Origin: Congzhengia sp.
GTDB lineage: Bacteria; Bacillota; Clostridia; UBA1381; UBA9506
Assembly (NCBI GenBank): GCA_045576635.1
Contig: JAZNGT010000038.1
Location: 1 to 64,000, forward strand
Reading direction: 5' to 3'
DNA length: 64,000 bases
Part shown: piece by piece, positions 18,275 through 28,126 of the stretch
Layout: each line of letters opens with the position of its first letter
Position numbering within the stretch: position 1 is the stretch's first letter
Made by a program: the position numbers and the translations under genes
The notes under the pieces: generated by a model
Seen by the model: only the letters and a program-made list of their open reading frames with translations
Told to the model about the DNA's origin: nothing
Databases searched by the model: none

Positions 18275-19519
18275 ATGAAAAAAATAGTAGAAAACTATGT
18301 AAAGGTTCCCCTGATTTTAAAAATTTTAATCGGTCTTGTAATCGGCGCGTGCTTAGGGCTTTGGGTGCCCGGGGCAAGATTTGTGACTGTTTTCGGCGAT
18401 TTGTTTGTCGGCGCATTAAAGGCAATCGCGCCGGTTTTGGTGTTTGTGCTTGTAACGTCATCGCTTGCAGGAGCAGGCGAGGGTATCGGAAAAAGATTTC
18501 GCACCGTGATTTTCCTTTATTTATTAAGCACGTTTTTTGCAGCACTTGTTGCCGTTTTGGCAAGTTTTTTGTTTCCTGTTTCGATTCCGCTTGCAGAAAG
18601 CGGGATGGAAGCGGCGGCGCCTTCCGGTCTTTTGGAAGTGCTTACCAATCTTTTGAACAATATGATTCAAAACCCCGTAAGCGCCATTGCAAATGCTAAC
18701 TATATCGGCATTTTAACATGGTCGGTCGTGTTTGGTCTTATGCTTAAAAAAAGCGCGTCTTCTCGTACAAAAGACATGCTTTCGGATCTTTCTTCTGCCG
18801 TGTCAGGTGCGGTAGGCGGCGTCATTCAACTTGCACCTTTTGGTATTTTGGGTTTAATTTACGGCTCGATTCATGAATATGGTCTCGATATTTTTGTAGA
18901 TTATGGAAAACTCATCCTGATTTTAGTAGGTGTAATGCTTACAGTGGCATTTTTTGTCAATCCGATGATTATCTTTTTGTGCCTGAAAAAGAATCCGTAT
19001 CCGCTTGTTTTTAAATGCATGAGAGAATCAGGAATTACCGCGTTTTTTACAAGAAGTTCTGCGGCAAACATTCCCGTTAATATGGCGCTTTGCGAAAAAT
19101 TGGGATTAGAGCGCGAATACTATTCTGTTGCCATTCCTTTGGGTGCTACCATCAATATGGACGGCGCGGCGGTTACCATTACGGTGATGACGCTTGCGGC
19201 GGCGTTTTCGTTGGGCATGGAGGTTAACATCGTTACGGCGATATTACTCAGTTTCCTTGCAACGCTTGGCGCTTGCGGTGCATCAGGTGTTGCGGGAGGG
19301 TCACTTCTTTTAATTCCGATGGCGTGCTCTTTATTTGGTATCAATCAGGATATTGCAATGCAGGTCGTGAGCGTTGGCTTTATCATCGGAGTCATTCAGG
19401 ATTCGGTGGAAACTGCGTTAAATTCAGCCGGTGACGTGTGTTTTGCCGCAACGGCAGAATTTCGCGACCGCTTAAAGCGTGGCGAACCCATACCCTTTTT
19501 CGAAAATCAAACGAAATAG
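18275..19519 (+). CDS. sstT: dicarboxylate/amino acid:cation symporter family, SstT-like serine/threonine transporter
   Basis: Internal ATG at 18275 with an AAGGGAG RBS; the upstream part of ORF 17966.. overlaps the TRAP gene. Its N-terminus aligns with SstT (LFVGALKAIAPVLVF). Confidence 0.65.
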   Translation: MKKIVENYVKVPLILKILIGLVIGACLGLWVPGARFVTVFGDLFVGALKAIAPVLVFVLVTSSLAGAGEGIGKRFRTVIFLYLLSTFFAALVAVLASFLFPVSIPLAESGMEAAAPSGLLEVLTNLLNNMIQNPVSAIANANYIGILTWSVVFGLMLKKSASSRTKDMLSDLSSAVSGAVGGVIQLAPFGILGLIYGSIHEYGLDIFVDYGKLILILVGVMLTVAFFVNPMIIFLCLKKNPYPLVFKCMRESGITAFFTRSSAANIPVNMALCEKLGLEREYYSVAIPLGATINMDGAAVTITVMTLAAAFSLGMEVNIVTAILLSFLATLGACGASGVAGGSLLLIPMACSLFGINQDIAMQVVSVGFIIGVIQDSVETALNSAGDVCFAATAEFRDRLKRGEPIPFFENQTK

Positions 19520-19529
19520 AACCGTTTTC

Positions 19530-19560
19530 CATTGACAGACAAGCGGAAAATGTGTATAAT
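19530..19560 (+). promoter_or_regulatory. sigma70-type promoter
   Basis: TTGACA - 17 nt - TATAAT (ttgacagacaagcggaaaatgtgtataatg). Confidence 0.55.
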
Positions 19561-19617
19561 GTATAGGGTTTTGCTTTTTGTAAATACCATATATCATATA
19601 AAAGGAAGCGACAAAAA

Positions 19618-20913
19618 ATGAGTACTTTATTATCTGTTTCGATTGCGCTTTTAGCAGGGCTTTTGATGACAAGGGCGTTTAAGCCGTTAAAACTTCCGTC
19701 CGTTACCGCGTATTTGATTGCAGGTATTTTGATAGGACCTTACTGTGTGGGCAGACTCGGCATCCCCGGGCTTGGCTTTACAAGCGCAGAAGCCGTACAT
19801 GGTATGGCGTTGATTTCAGAAGTGGCGCTTGGGTTTATTGCCTTTTCTATCGGCAGTGAATTTCGACTGTCTGAACTAAAAAAGACAGGAACACAGGCAA
19901 CGGTTATCGGTATTTTACAGGCGCTTGCAGCAACACTGTGCGTAGATTTGGCACTTTTTGGCGTGCATCTTTTAATGCCCGATAAACTTACCGTTCCGCA
20001 GGTGATTACACTCGGTGCAATCGCAACCGCAACGGCGCCTGCCGCAACCTTAATGGTTGTGCGTCAGTACAAGGCAGAAGGACCGCTTACAAAACTTTTG
20101 CTTCCTATCGTAGCATTAGACGATGCCGTGGGACTCATTGTATTTGCTGTATCGTTTGGTATCGCAAAAACACTTGTACTCGGTGCGGTAGACCTTGTAT
20201 CCATTATCGTAAACCCCTTGGTTGAGATTTTATGCTCGCTCGCGCTTGGCGCGATTATGGGTTGGATTTTAACTATGCTTGAAAAAATCTTCAACTCGAA
20301 TACGAATCGCTTAAACATGACGATTGTATTTGTGTTTTTAACCGTATCGCTTTCCATGCTGGACTTCCATATCGGACCCGTGCACGTAAGTTTTTCATCC
20401 CTTTTGGTTTGCATGATGTTAGGTACGGTATTTTGTAACATCTGTCCGCTTTCACACAATTTGATGGATGCGGCAGACAAGTGGACATCGCCGCTCTTTG
20501 CGCTCTTTTTTGTAATCAGCGGTGCAGAACTCGAACTTAGCGTATTTACCGACGTTGCGATTGTCGTAATCGGCGTGGTTTATATCATAACGCGTTCGAT
20601 TGGAAAATATGCAGGGGCGTATTTGAGCGCAGAACTCGTTCGTTGTGAGCCGAATATTTGCAAATATTTGGGCATTACGCTTCTTCCGCAGGCAGGTGTT
20701 GCACTTGGTATGTGCGCGACGGCAATGCAGATTGGCGAACAGGGCGCTTTAATCCGTAACATTACGCTTTTTGCGGTGCTGATTTATGAACTTGTAGGTC
20801 CGCTTTTAACACGTCAGGCGCTTATGGCGGCAGGCGACATAAAGCCTATGCCCGACCATGTAAAACATAGAAGAAAGCATTTGCTTGCGCTTCATCACAA
20901 CAAGAATAAATAA
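19618..20913 (+). CDS. CPA2-family monovalent cation:proton antiporter
   Basis: 431-aa polytopic protein with a Kef/NapA-like N-terminus (LIAGILIGPY) and no C-terminal KTN domain. Confidence 0.65.
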   Translation: MSTLLSVSIALLAGLLMTRAFKPLKLPSVTAYLIAGILIGPYCVGRLGIPGLGFTSAEAVHGMALISEVALGFIAFSIGSEFRLSELKKTGTQATVIGILQALAATLCVDLALFGVHLLMPDKLTVPQVITLGAIATATAPAATLMVVRQYKAEGPLTKLLLPIVALDDAVGLIVFAVSFGIAKTLVLGAVDLVSIIVNPLVEILCSLALGAIMGWILTMLEKIFNSNTNRLNMTIVFVFLTVSLSMLDFHIGPVHVSFSSLLVCMMLGTVFCNICPLSHNLMDAADKWTSPLFALFFVISGAELELSVFTDVAIVVIGVVYIITRSIGKYAGAYLSAELVRCEPNICKYLGITLLPQAGVALGMCATAMQIGEQGALIRNITLFAVLIYELVGPLLTRQALMAAGDIKPMPDHVKHRRKHLLALHHNKNK

Positions 20914-20993
20914 TTTTTCAAAATCCGAATGCTAATGTGTTCGGATTTTGGTGTGTTTTGCGTTCTGATGCGATAAGGGGTGAGGGATTTTAT

Positions 20994-22250
20994 ATGAACA
21001 ATTTAAAAAAGACGCTTTTGGCGTCTTATGAGTATGCAAAGACGTTTTTAAAATGGGTGCTTTTGGCTGCGGTTATCGGTATTGTGGGTGGCGCAATCGG
21101 CAGCCTGTTTCATGAAAGCGTCGAATATGTAACGCATTTGCGCGGCGAAAATGGGTGGCTCCTTTTTCTGCTTCCAGCGGGTGGTCTTGTGATAGCGGCG
21201 ATGTATGGAATCTTCCGCAAAAAAGGAGATATGGATACCAACCGTGTTTTAAATTCTGTTGGGAAAGACGCGTCTGTGCCGCTTGTAATGGCGCCCCTTA
21301 TCTTTTTGGGGACGGTTTTAACGCATCTTTTCGGCGGCTCGGCAGGCAGAGAAGGGGCGGCACTGCAACTTGGCGGAAGCATTGGTTACAATGTTGGAAA
21401 GGCATTTAAACTTCGCCGACAGGATATGCATCTTGTAGTAAGGGCAGGTATGAGCGCAGTGTTTGCAGCGCTTTTCGGCACACCCCTTACAGCAGCATTT
21501 TTTGCGCTTGAAGTGGTTCGTGTAGGCGTTTTGCACTACGCAGGATTGGTGCCGTGTTTGGTGTCTTCTATTGTCGCCTATGGCGTTTCAAAATGGTTTG
21601 GCGTAGAAGCCGTACAGTTTTTAGATGTTGTGTTTCCTTTCATGTCGGTTGGCGTTTTGGCAAAAACCGTTCTACTCGCGCTTTTGTGTGCGCTTATTAG
21701 TATATTGTTTTGTGTTTCCATTCACAAAAGTGAGCATTATTTCAAGCGCTGGATAAAAAATCCTTATGTACGCGCCTTTTTGGGAGGTGCGGCGATTGTG
21801 CTTTTAACGCTCGTCTTAAACACCCATGATTACAACGGTGCAGGCATGAATGTGATTGCGCGCGCCATGGGTGGTACAGCACATCCGTTTGCATTTTTAC
21901 TCAAACTGATTTTTACTGCCATTACCATTGGCGCAGGGTTTAAAGGCGGCGAGATTGTACCTGCTTTTTTCGTGGGTGCAACCTTTGGCTGTGTCGCAGG
22001 CGGTATGTTGGGACTTCCGGCGTCCTTTGGTGCGGCAGTCGGTTTTGTGGCGCTGTTCTGCGGGGCAGTAAACTGTCCCGTGGCATCTATTCTTTTGGCG
22101 TTTGAGGTGTTCGGCGGCGGGGGAATGCTTGCTTTTTCTCTTTGTTGCGGCGTAAGTTACATGCTTTCAGGGTATTTTGGTCTTTATAAGAGCCAGACCA
22201 TTGTCTATTCCAAACTGGACGAAGAAAAAGTAAACCGCGAGATACAGTAA
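20994..22250 (+). CDS. ClC-family voltage-gated chloride channel/transporter
   Basis: ClC signature blocks FGGSAGREGA and GAGFKGGEIVPAFFVGATFG. Start moved to MNNLKK. Confidence 0.7.
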   Translation: MNNLKKTLLASYEYAKTFLKWVLLAAVIGIVGGAIGSLFHESVEYVTHLRGENGWLLFLLPAGGLVIAAMYGIFRKKGDMDTNRVLNSVGKDASVPLVMAPLIFLGTVLTHLFGGSAGREGAALQLGGSIGYNVGKAFKLRRQDMHLVVRAGMSAVFAALFGTPLTAAFFALEVVRVGVLHYAGLVPCLVSSIVAYGVSKWFGVEAVQFLDVVFPFMSVGVLAKTVLLALLCALISILFCVSIHKSEHYFKRWIKNPYVRAFLGGAAIVLLTLVLNTHDYNGAGMNVIARAMGGTAHPFAFLLKLIFTAITIGAGFKGGEIVPAFFVGATFGCVAGGMLGLPASFGAAVGFVALFCGAVNCPVASILLAFEVFGGGGMLAFSLCCGVSYMLSGYFGLYKSQTIVYSKLDEEKVNREIQ

Positions 22251-22278
22251 TCGCTAGCCTGACATTGATTGACAAATT

Positions 22279-22307
22279 ACGTATTTTTATGTATAATAAA
22301 AAACGTG
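22279..22307 (+). promoter_or_regulatory. sigma70-type promoter
   Basis: TTGACA - 17 nt - TATAAT. Confidence 0.55.
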
Positions 22308-22362
22308 TATCAGGATATTTTATGACAAAGTGTTTATACTACGTTTAGGAGGGTCAAGGTAT

Positions 22363-23721
22363 ATGACAAATGAAACAAGGAGCAGTTTTACCGGAAAAAT
22401 CGGGTTTGTGCTTGCGGCGGCAGGTTCTGCTGTTGGTCTTGGCAATATATGGCGTTTTCCGTACCTTGCAGCAAAATATGGTGGCGGTATTTTCCTTTTG
22501 GTTTATATCGTTTTGGCGCTTACCTTTGGTTATGCTTTGATGGTGGGCGAAATTGCACTTGGAAGAAAAACGGGATTAAGCGCCATCGGTGCATTCCGTG
22601 TATTTTCTAAAAAGTTTTCTTTTTTGGGATATCTGGCAGCACTGGTACCTGCGATTATTTTGCCCTATTATTCCGTTATCGGCGGATGGATTATGAAATA
22701 TTTGTACGTATTTATAAGCGGCAACGGAAAAACTGCCGTGGCAGATACGTTTTTTGGCGGATTTATATCTCAGCCCATAGAGCCGGTGTTCTGGTTTTTG
22801 TTGTTTTTAGGTATAACGGCGCTGGTTGTGCTTTTGGGCGTAGAAAAAGGGATTGAAAAAGTAAGCCGTGTTATGATGCCGATTTTAATTGCTCTGTCCA
22901 TCTTTGTGGCAATATATTCGATTTGTATGCCCGGTGCGTTAGACGGTGTTTTGTATTACATTTTACCGGACTTTTCTAAATTTTCTGTAACGACTGTGCT
23001 TGCCGCTATGGGACAACTTTTTTACTCTATGTCTCTTGCGATGGGCATTATGATTACCTACGGCTCGTACATGAAAAAAGATGTCAACTTAGAGTCTTCT
23101 GTAAAACAGATTGAACTTTTCGATACCGGCGTTGCCTTTTTGGCAGGTCTTATGATTATTCCTGCCGTGTTTGTATTTTCGGGCGGCAGCCCCGAAGCGC
23201 TGGGAAAAGGTCCCAGCCTTATGTTTGTGACGCTTCCCAAGGTATTTGACACCATGTTTGGCGGAACGTTTATCGGAATTGCATTTTTCGTGCTTGTTTT
23301 GTTTGCAGCACTGACTTCGTCTATTTCGCTTATGGAAACCGTGGTTTCGATTGTGATGGATAAATTTAAAGCCGGCAGAAAACTCGCCTGCCTGATTGTA
23401 TTTTTAGGCGCCGTTCTGGTTGGTCTTCCCTCTGCGCTGGGTTACAGCGTGTGGAGTGATGTTACTGTCATCGGCATGCAGTTTTTAGACTTTTTTGACT
23501 TTTTAAGTAACAGCGTGCTAATGCCGATTGTGGCGCTTTTAACCTGTGTGTTTATCGGTTATGTCATAAAGCCCCAGGCGATTGTTGACGAGGTTGAACT
23601 TTCTGCCAAATTTAAGCGCAAAAAACTCTTCAGCGTGATGATTCAGTATATCGCGCCGATTTGTATCGTGCTGATTTTAGTCTCTTCCGTGCTTGACGCG
23701 TTCGGAATCTTAAAGATTTAA
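22363..23721 (+). CDS. neurotransmitter:sodium symporter (NSS/SNF) family transporter
   Basis: GLGNIWRFPYLAAKYGGGIFLLVYIV is the NSS hallmark. AGGAGGG RBS. Confidence 0.8.
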   Translation: MTNETRSSFTGKIGFVLAAAGSAVGLGNIWRFPYLAAKYGGGIFLLVYIVLALTFGYALMVGEIALGRKTGLSAIGAFRVFSKKFSFLGYLAALVPAIILPYYSVIGGWIMKYLYVFISGNGKTAVADTFFGGFISQPIEPVFWFLLFLGITALVVLLGVEKGIEKVSRVMMPILIALSIFVAIYSICMPGALDGVLYYILPDFSKFSVTTVLAAMGQLFYSMSLAMGIMITYGSYMKKDVNLESSVKQIELFDTGVAFLAGLMIIPAVFVFSGGSPEALGKGPSLMFVTLPKVFDTMFGGTFIGIAFFVLVLFAALTSSISLMETVVSIVMDKFKAGRKLACLIVFLGAVLVGLPSALGYSVWSDVTVIGMQFLDFFDFLSNSVLMPIVALLTCVFIGYVIKPQAIVDEVELSAKFKRKKLFSVMIQYIAPICIVLILVSSVLDAFGILKI

Positions 23722-23735
23722 GGGGGGGTGACAAA

Positions 23736-24032
23736 ATGGCAGAATTATTAGAAGTGCTTATGATTGTAAGTTTTGGTTTTTCGTGGCCATTAAACGTAAT
23801 CAAATCCTACAAGGCAAGAACAACGAAGGGAAAGAGTCTGGCGTTTTTGCTCCTCATTTTCTTCGGTTACATAGCAGGGATTGCATCCAAACTGATTAAC
23901 GAATCGTATATGGCACAATTTGCTACCAAATGGTATGTGTTGTTCTTTTACGTATTAAACCTTATTATGGTAGGGACAGATTTGTGTCTGTATTTCAGAA
24001 ATCTTGCGCTCGATAAAAAAGAGAACCAATAA
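23736..24032 (+). CDS. small membrane protein (3 TM), co-transcribed with the NSS transporter
   Basis: 98 aa. Starts 14 nt after the NSS stop. Confidence 0.4.
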   Translation: MAELLEVLMIVSFGFSWPLNVIKSYKARTTKGKSLAFLLLIFFGYIAGIASKLINESYMAQFATKWYVLFFYVLNLIMVGTDLCLYFRNLALDKKENQ

Positions 24033-24038
24033 GAAAAA

Positions 24039-24070
24039 AGGCTGTGACGCGTTGTTACAGCCTTTTTTTG
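24039..24070 (+). terminator. rho-independent terminator
   Basis: GGCTGTGACGC-GTTGTTACAGCC followed by TTTTTTTG. Confidence 0.55.
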
Positions 24071-24149
24071 TACCGATTTTCTTTCGAAAACAGTTTACAT
24101 TTTTTAAAATTTGTGATACGATAAAAAGAGAAAAAGGAGGGGAACAATC

Positions 24150-24401
24150 ATGGAAAGCAGAGTTGCCATTATCGGTATTATTGTGGAAGAAAGCGATGCG
24201 GTAGAAAAACTTAACGCACTTTTACACGAGTATAAGGAGTATATCGTCGGCAGAATGGGGATTCCTTATCGCGAGCGTGATATCAATATCATAAGTGTTG
24301 CGGTAGATGCACCGGAAGATGTGATTTGTGCCCTTTCCGGAAAAGTTGGAAAACTCGCCGGCGTAAGCGCCAAAACCGCGTATTCCAATGTGATAGGTTA
24401 A
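24150..24401 (+). CDS. TM1266-like small ACT/CopG-like protein (iron-only hydrogenase system regulator family)
   Basis: 83 aa (VAIIGIIVEE..YIVGRMGIPYRERDINIISVAVDAP). Positioned directly upstream of hydG, as is typical for this family. Confidence 0.5.
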   Translation: MESRVAIIGIIVEESDAVEKLNALLHEYKEYIVGRMGIPYRERDINIISVAVDAPEDVICALSGKVGKLAGVSAKTAYSNVIG

Positions 24402-24456
24402 ACAGTATTTGCTAACGGGAAAGAGATTCTGACCCGAAAGAAAGGGAGTTTTAGAC

Positions 24457-25872
24457 ATGTATAACGTAACATCAAAAAAAGCAGAAGAATTTATTTCGCA
24501 CGAAGAGGTGTTAGACACCTTACAGTACGCAGAAGAAAATAAGCGAAATGTTGCGCTGATTGATGAAATTATCGAAAAAGCAAAAAAAAGAAAAGGTCTT
24601 TCGCACCGCGAGGCGTCTGTTCTTTTGGCGTGCGATTTAGAAGATAAAATAAAAGAGTGCTATAAACTCGCAGAAGAAATCAAGCAGGAGTTTTACGGAA
24701 ACCGTATCGTTATGTTTGCGCCGCTTTATCTTTCCAATTATTGCGTAAACGGGTGCGTGTACTGTCCGTATCACATGCAGAATAAAACCATTGCGCGCAG
24801 GAAACTTACACAGGAAGAAATCGTGCGTGAAGTAACCGCGCTTCAAGATATGGGTCACAAGAGACTCGCGCTTGAAGCAGGGGAGCATCCCACCATAAAC
24901 CCCATTGAATATATTTTAGAAAGTATTAAAACCATTTATTCGATTAAGCATAAAAACGGCGCAATCCGCCGCGTAAACGTAAACATTGCGGCAACGACGG
25001 TAGAAAATTACCGTAAACTAAAAGATGCAGGCATCGGCACTTATATTTTATTCCAAGAGACGTATCATAAAGAAAGTTATGAAACGCTTCATCCTACGGG
25101 CCCTAAGCACGATTATGCCTATCACACCGAGGCGCACGACCGCGCGATGGAGGCAGGCATTGACGATGTTGGCCTTGGCGTTTTGTTCGGTCTTGAACTT
25201 TATAAATACGAGTTTGCGGCGCTCCTTATGCACGCAGAACATTTAGAAGCAACGTTCGGCGTAGGTCCGCATACAATAAGCGTGCCCCGTTTAAAGCGCG
25301 CCGACGACGTAAACCCCGATGATTTTGATAACGGCATCGACGATGAGACGTTTACAAAACTTTGTGCGCTCATTCGTATCAGTGTTCCGTACACGGGCAT
25401 GATTGTGTCGACGCGTGAGAGCAAAGAGGTGCGCGAAAAGGTACTTCGCGTGGGCGTGTCGCAGTTAAGCGGAGCGTCTAAAACCTCGGTGGGCGGTTAT
25501 TCCGACGAAACGATAGAAGAAAACACCGAACAGTTTGATGTAAGCGACCAGAGAACGTTAGACGAAGTGGTACGCTGGCTTATGGAACTTGGTTATATTC
25601 CGTCTTTTTGTACCGCGTGCTACCGTGAGGGCAGAACGGGCGACCGTTTTATGAGTCTTTTAAAAAGCGGACAGATTGCAAACTGTTGTCAGCCAAACGC
25701 ACTTATGACGTTAAAAGAATTTTTGATGGATTACGCATCGGAAGAAACCAAAAAGATAGGCGAGGCACTCATTCAAAAAGAACTTTTGAATATCCCCAAA
25801 GAAAAGGTAAAAGCCGTTTGCGAACTGAATCTTGAAAAAATCGAAACGGGAAGCCGCGATTTTAGATTCTAG
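24457..25872 (+). CDS. hydG: [FeFe]-hydrogenase H-cluster radical-SAM maturase HydG
   Basis: Radical-SAM CVNGCVYCPY, a ThiH-like core, and the HydG-specific C-terminal CTACYREG...ANCC cluster. Confidence 0.8.
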   Translation: MYNVTSKKAEEFISHEEVLDTLQYAEENKRNVALIDEIIEKAKKRKGLSHREASVLLACDLEDKIKECYKLAEEIKQEFYGNRIVMFAPLYLSNYCVNGCVYCPYHMQNKTIARRKLTQEEIVREVTALQDMGHKRLALEAGEHPTINPIEYILESIKTIYSIKHKNGAIRRVNVNIAATTVENYRKLKDAGIGTYILFQETYHKESYETLHPTGPKHDYAYHTEAHDRAMEAGIDDVGLGVLFGLELYKYEFAALLMHAEHLEATFGVGPHTISVPRLKRADDVNPDDFDNGIDDETFTKLCALIRISVPYTGMIVSTRESKEVREKVLRVGVSQLSGASKTSVGGYSDETIEENTEQFDVSDQRTLDEVVRWLMELGYIPSFCTACYREGRTGDRFMSLLKSGQIANCCQPNALMTLKEFLMDYASEETKKIGEALIQKELLNIPKEKVKAVCELNLEKIETGSRDFRF

Positions 25873-25882
25873 GAGGTACGCC

Positions 25883-27085
25883 ATGGGAATGAATCAAACC
25901 CCAACAGGTGAACGTATTCATATCGGCTTTTTCGGCAAACGAAATGCCGGAAAATCAAGTTTAGTCAACGCCGTTACCGGTCAGGCGCTCTCTGTGGTGT
26001 CGGACGTTTTAGGCACAACAACAGACCCCGTTTATAAAACGATGGAACTTTTGCCACTGGGTCCGGTTGTGATAATAGATACCCCGGGTATCGACGATGA
26101 GGGAGAACTTGGGGAAAAACGCGTAGAAAAGGCAAAACAGGCATTAAATAAGTGCGATATTGCCGTTTTGGTGGTGGATGCCGCACAAGGTCTTGGCGAA
26201 GAAGACCGCGCATTGCTTTTGCTTTTTAAAGAAAAAAATATTCCGTACGTGATTGCATATAATAAGAGTGATTTAAAAAAAGTTACCACCGAGGGCGAAA
26301 ATGTACTTTCTGTGAGCACGGCGGAACACATTGGGATAGAAGACCTTAAAAACACCATCGCAAACGTAATGCCGGAGAAAAAGGAAATTCCCATTGTGGC
26401 GGATTTGCTCCATGCAGGCGATGTGGTGTTACTCGTTACGCCCATTGATGAGGCGGCGCCGAAAGGAAGACTCATTCTTCCGCAGCAGCAGACCATTCGT
26501 GACAGTTTAGACCGTGGCGCAATTGTTGTGACGGTAAAAGAAACCGAATTAAAAGACGCGCTATCAAAACTTCAAACGCCGCCGGCGCTCGTGGTATGCG
26601 ACAGTCAGGTGTTCGATTTTGTAAAGAAAAACGTGCCGGAAACAATCCCGCTTACCTCGTTTTCTATTTTGATGGCACGCCATAAAGGATATTTAGAAGA
26701 CGCCGTGCAGGGAATCGCGCATCTTGCAGAACTCAATGACGGCGACACGGTGCTCATTGCAGAAGGGTGTACGCATCACCGCCAGTGTAACGATATTGGA
26801 ACGGTAAAAATTCCAAAATGGATTTTGTCTCACACGGGAAAAGACATCACATTTCAAACCGTTTCGGGCACAGAGTTTCCCGAGGATTTAACGCCTTATA
26901 AAATGGTCATTCATTGCGGCGGATGTATGCTTTCCGAGCGGGAAGTAAGAAATCGCATACGATATGCCAAACGGTCGGGTGTTCCCGTTACCAATTACGG
27001 CGTTTTAATTGCGCATGTAAACGGCATTTTAAAACGAAGCCTTGAGCCGTTTCCCCATATTTTAAAGTATCTTGAAAAGGAGTAA
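25883..27085 (+). CDS. hydF: [FeFe]-hydrogenase maturation GTPase HydF
   Basis: P-loop GKRNAGKSS, DTPG, NKSD. C-terminal Fe-S motif CTHHRQC...HCGGC. AGGAGG RBS at the internal start. Confidence 0.8.
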   Translation: MGMNQTPTGERIHIGFFGKRNAGKSSLVNAVTGQALSVVSDVLGTTTDPVYKTMELLPLGPVVIIDTPGIDDEGELGEKRVEKAKQALNKCDIAVLVVDAAQGLGEEDRALLLLFKEKNIPYVIAYNKSDLKKVTTEGENVLSVSTAEHIGIEDLKNTIANVMPEKKEIPIVADLLHAGDVVLLVTPIDEAAPKGRLILPQQQTIRDSLDRGAIVVTVKETELKDALSKLQTPPALVVCDSQVFDFVKKNVPETIPLTSFSILMARHKGYLEDAVQGIAHLAELNDGDTVLIAEGCTHHRQCNDIGTVKIPKWILSHTGKDITFQTVSGTEFPEDLTPYKMVIHCGGCMLSEREVRNRIRYAKRSGVPVTNYGVLIAHVNGILKRSLEPFPHILKYLEKE

Positions 27086-27089
27086 AACG

Positions 27090-27698
27090 ATGGACAATAA
27101 CGCATTTTTTAAAATAGGCTACGGACTTTACATTGTGACCGCACACGATAGCGGCAAAGATAACGGCTGCATCGTAAATGCGGTGATGCAGGTTACCAAC
27201 ACGCCAAACCGTCTTTCGTTTGCTATCAACAAGCAAAACTTGACAACCGAAATGATTTCCCGCACGAAAGCATTTAATCTTTCGGTTTTGTGCCACGGTG
27301 CAACGTTTGAGCAGTTTAAACGTTTTGGGTTTCAGAGCGGGCGCGATGTGAATAAATTTGAAACTTACCCGTTTGTAAAGCGCACAGAAAACGGCGTTTT
27401 ATATGTAACGGAGCACACGAATGCGTATTTTAGCGGCGTTGTGACAGAAACAATTGATTTGGGTACGCATCTTTTGTTTATAGCGGACGTTACCGAGGCA
27501 GAAATTTTGTCAGACAAACCTACTGTTACCTACGACTTTTATCAGGCGGAGATTAAGCCAAAGCCCGAAAGTGCGCCAAAGAAAAAAGGATGGCGCTGCA
27601 AAATTTGCGGGTATGTGTATGAGGGAGAGACGCTTCCCGACGATTTTATTTGTCCGCTTTGCAAGCATCCTGCATCAGATTTTGAACCAATTTTATAA
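27090..27698 (+). CDS. flavin reductase-like domain fused to C-terminal rubredoxin (high-molecular-weight rubredoxin)
   Basis: N-terminal flavin reductase fold. C-terminal WRCKICGYVYEG...CPLCKHPASDFE rubredoxin motif. Confidence 0.7.
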   Translation: MDNNAFFKIGYGLYIVTAHDSGKDNGCIVNAVMQVTNTPNRLSFAINKQNLTTEMISRTKAFNLSVLCHGATFEQFKRFGFQSGRDVNKFETYPFVKRTENGVLYVTEHTNAYFSGVVTETIDLGTHLLFIADVTEAEILSDKPTVTYDFYQAEIKPKPESAPKKKGWRCKICGYVYEGETLPDDFICPLCKHPASDFEPIL

Positions 27699-27702
27699 AA
27701 AA

Positions 27703-27739
27703 TGCTTCTGCGCTTATATTAGCGCAGGAGTTTTTTTGT
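27703..27739 (+). terminator. rho-independent terminator
   Basis: CTGCGCT-TATATTA-GCGCAG followed by GAGTTTTTTTG. Confidence 0.6.
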
Positions 27740-27767
27740 TTACGAAACAAAGAAAATTATGGGAAAA

Positions 27768-27796
27768 GGTATTGACTTTAACGCTTAACTGTGCTA
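27768..27796 (+). promoter_or_regulatory. sigma70-type promoter of the his operon
   Basis: TTGACT - 17 nt - TATCAT. Confidence 0.5.
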
Positions 27797-27835
27797 TCAT
27801 ATTAGTGCGCTAAAGTATTAAAGGAGGCAATCGAA

Positions 27836-28126
27836 ATGGAAAAGTTTGAAAAAGCAGTAACAGATAACTTATTTCGAGCAGTATTAAGTCTTACTTCATT
27901 AGAGGAATGTTATCAGTTTTTTGAAGATGTATGCACCATTAAAGAAATTCAGGAAATCGCACAGCGTTTAGAAGTTGCGCGCCTTTTAAAAGAGGGTAAG
28001 CCCTATAACGATGTCGCAAAATTAACCGGCGCATCGACGGCGACCATCAGCCGCGTGAACAAATGTATTTCTTACGGCAGCGGCGGATATCAAATTGTAT
28101 TGGAGCGACTAAGCGATGCAAAATAA
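27836..28126 (+). CDS. yerC: YerC/YecD-family TrpR-like DNA-binding protein
   Basis: TrpR-like motif ATISRVNKCISYGSGGYQ. 96 aa. Its stop overlaps the hisZ start by 11 nt. Confidence 0.7.
   Translation: MEKFEKAVTDNLFRAVLSLTSLEECYQFFEDVCTIKEIQEIAQRLEVARLLKEGKPYNDVAKLTGASTATISRVNKCISYGSGGYQIVLERLSDAK

Noticed and set aside
27700-27835. Searched for a T-box, riboswitch or leader peptide upstream of the his operon, and also upstream of the acyl-CoA ligase (5209-5382)
   Set aside because: The his 5'UTR is only about 40 nt after a clean promoter. The acyl-CoA ligase leader is about 170 nt but shows no recognisable specifier-loop/T-box motif or conserved riboswitch core.
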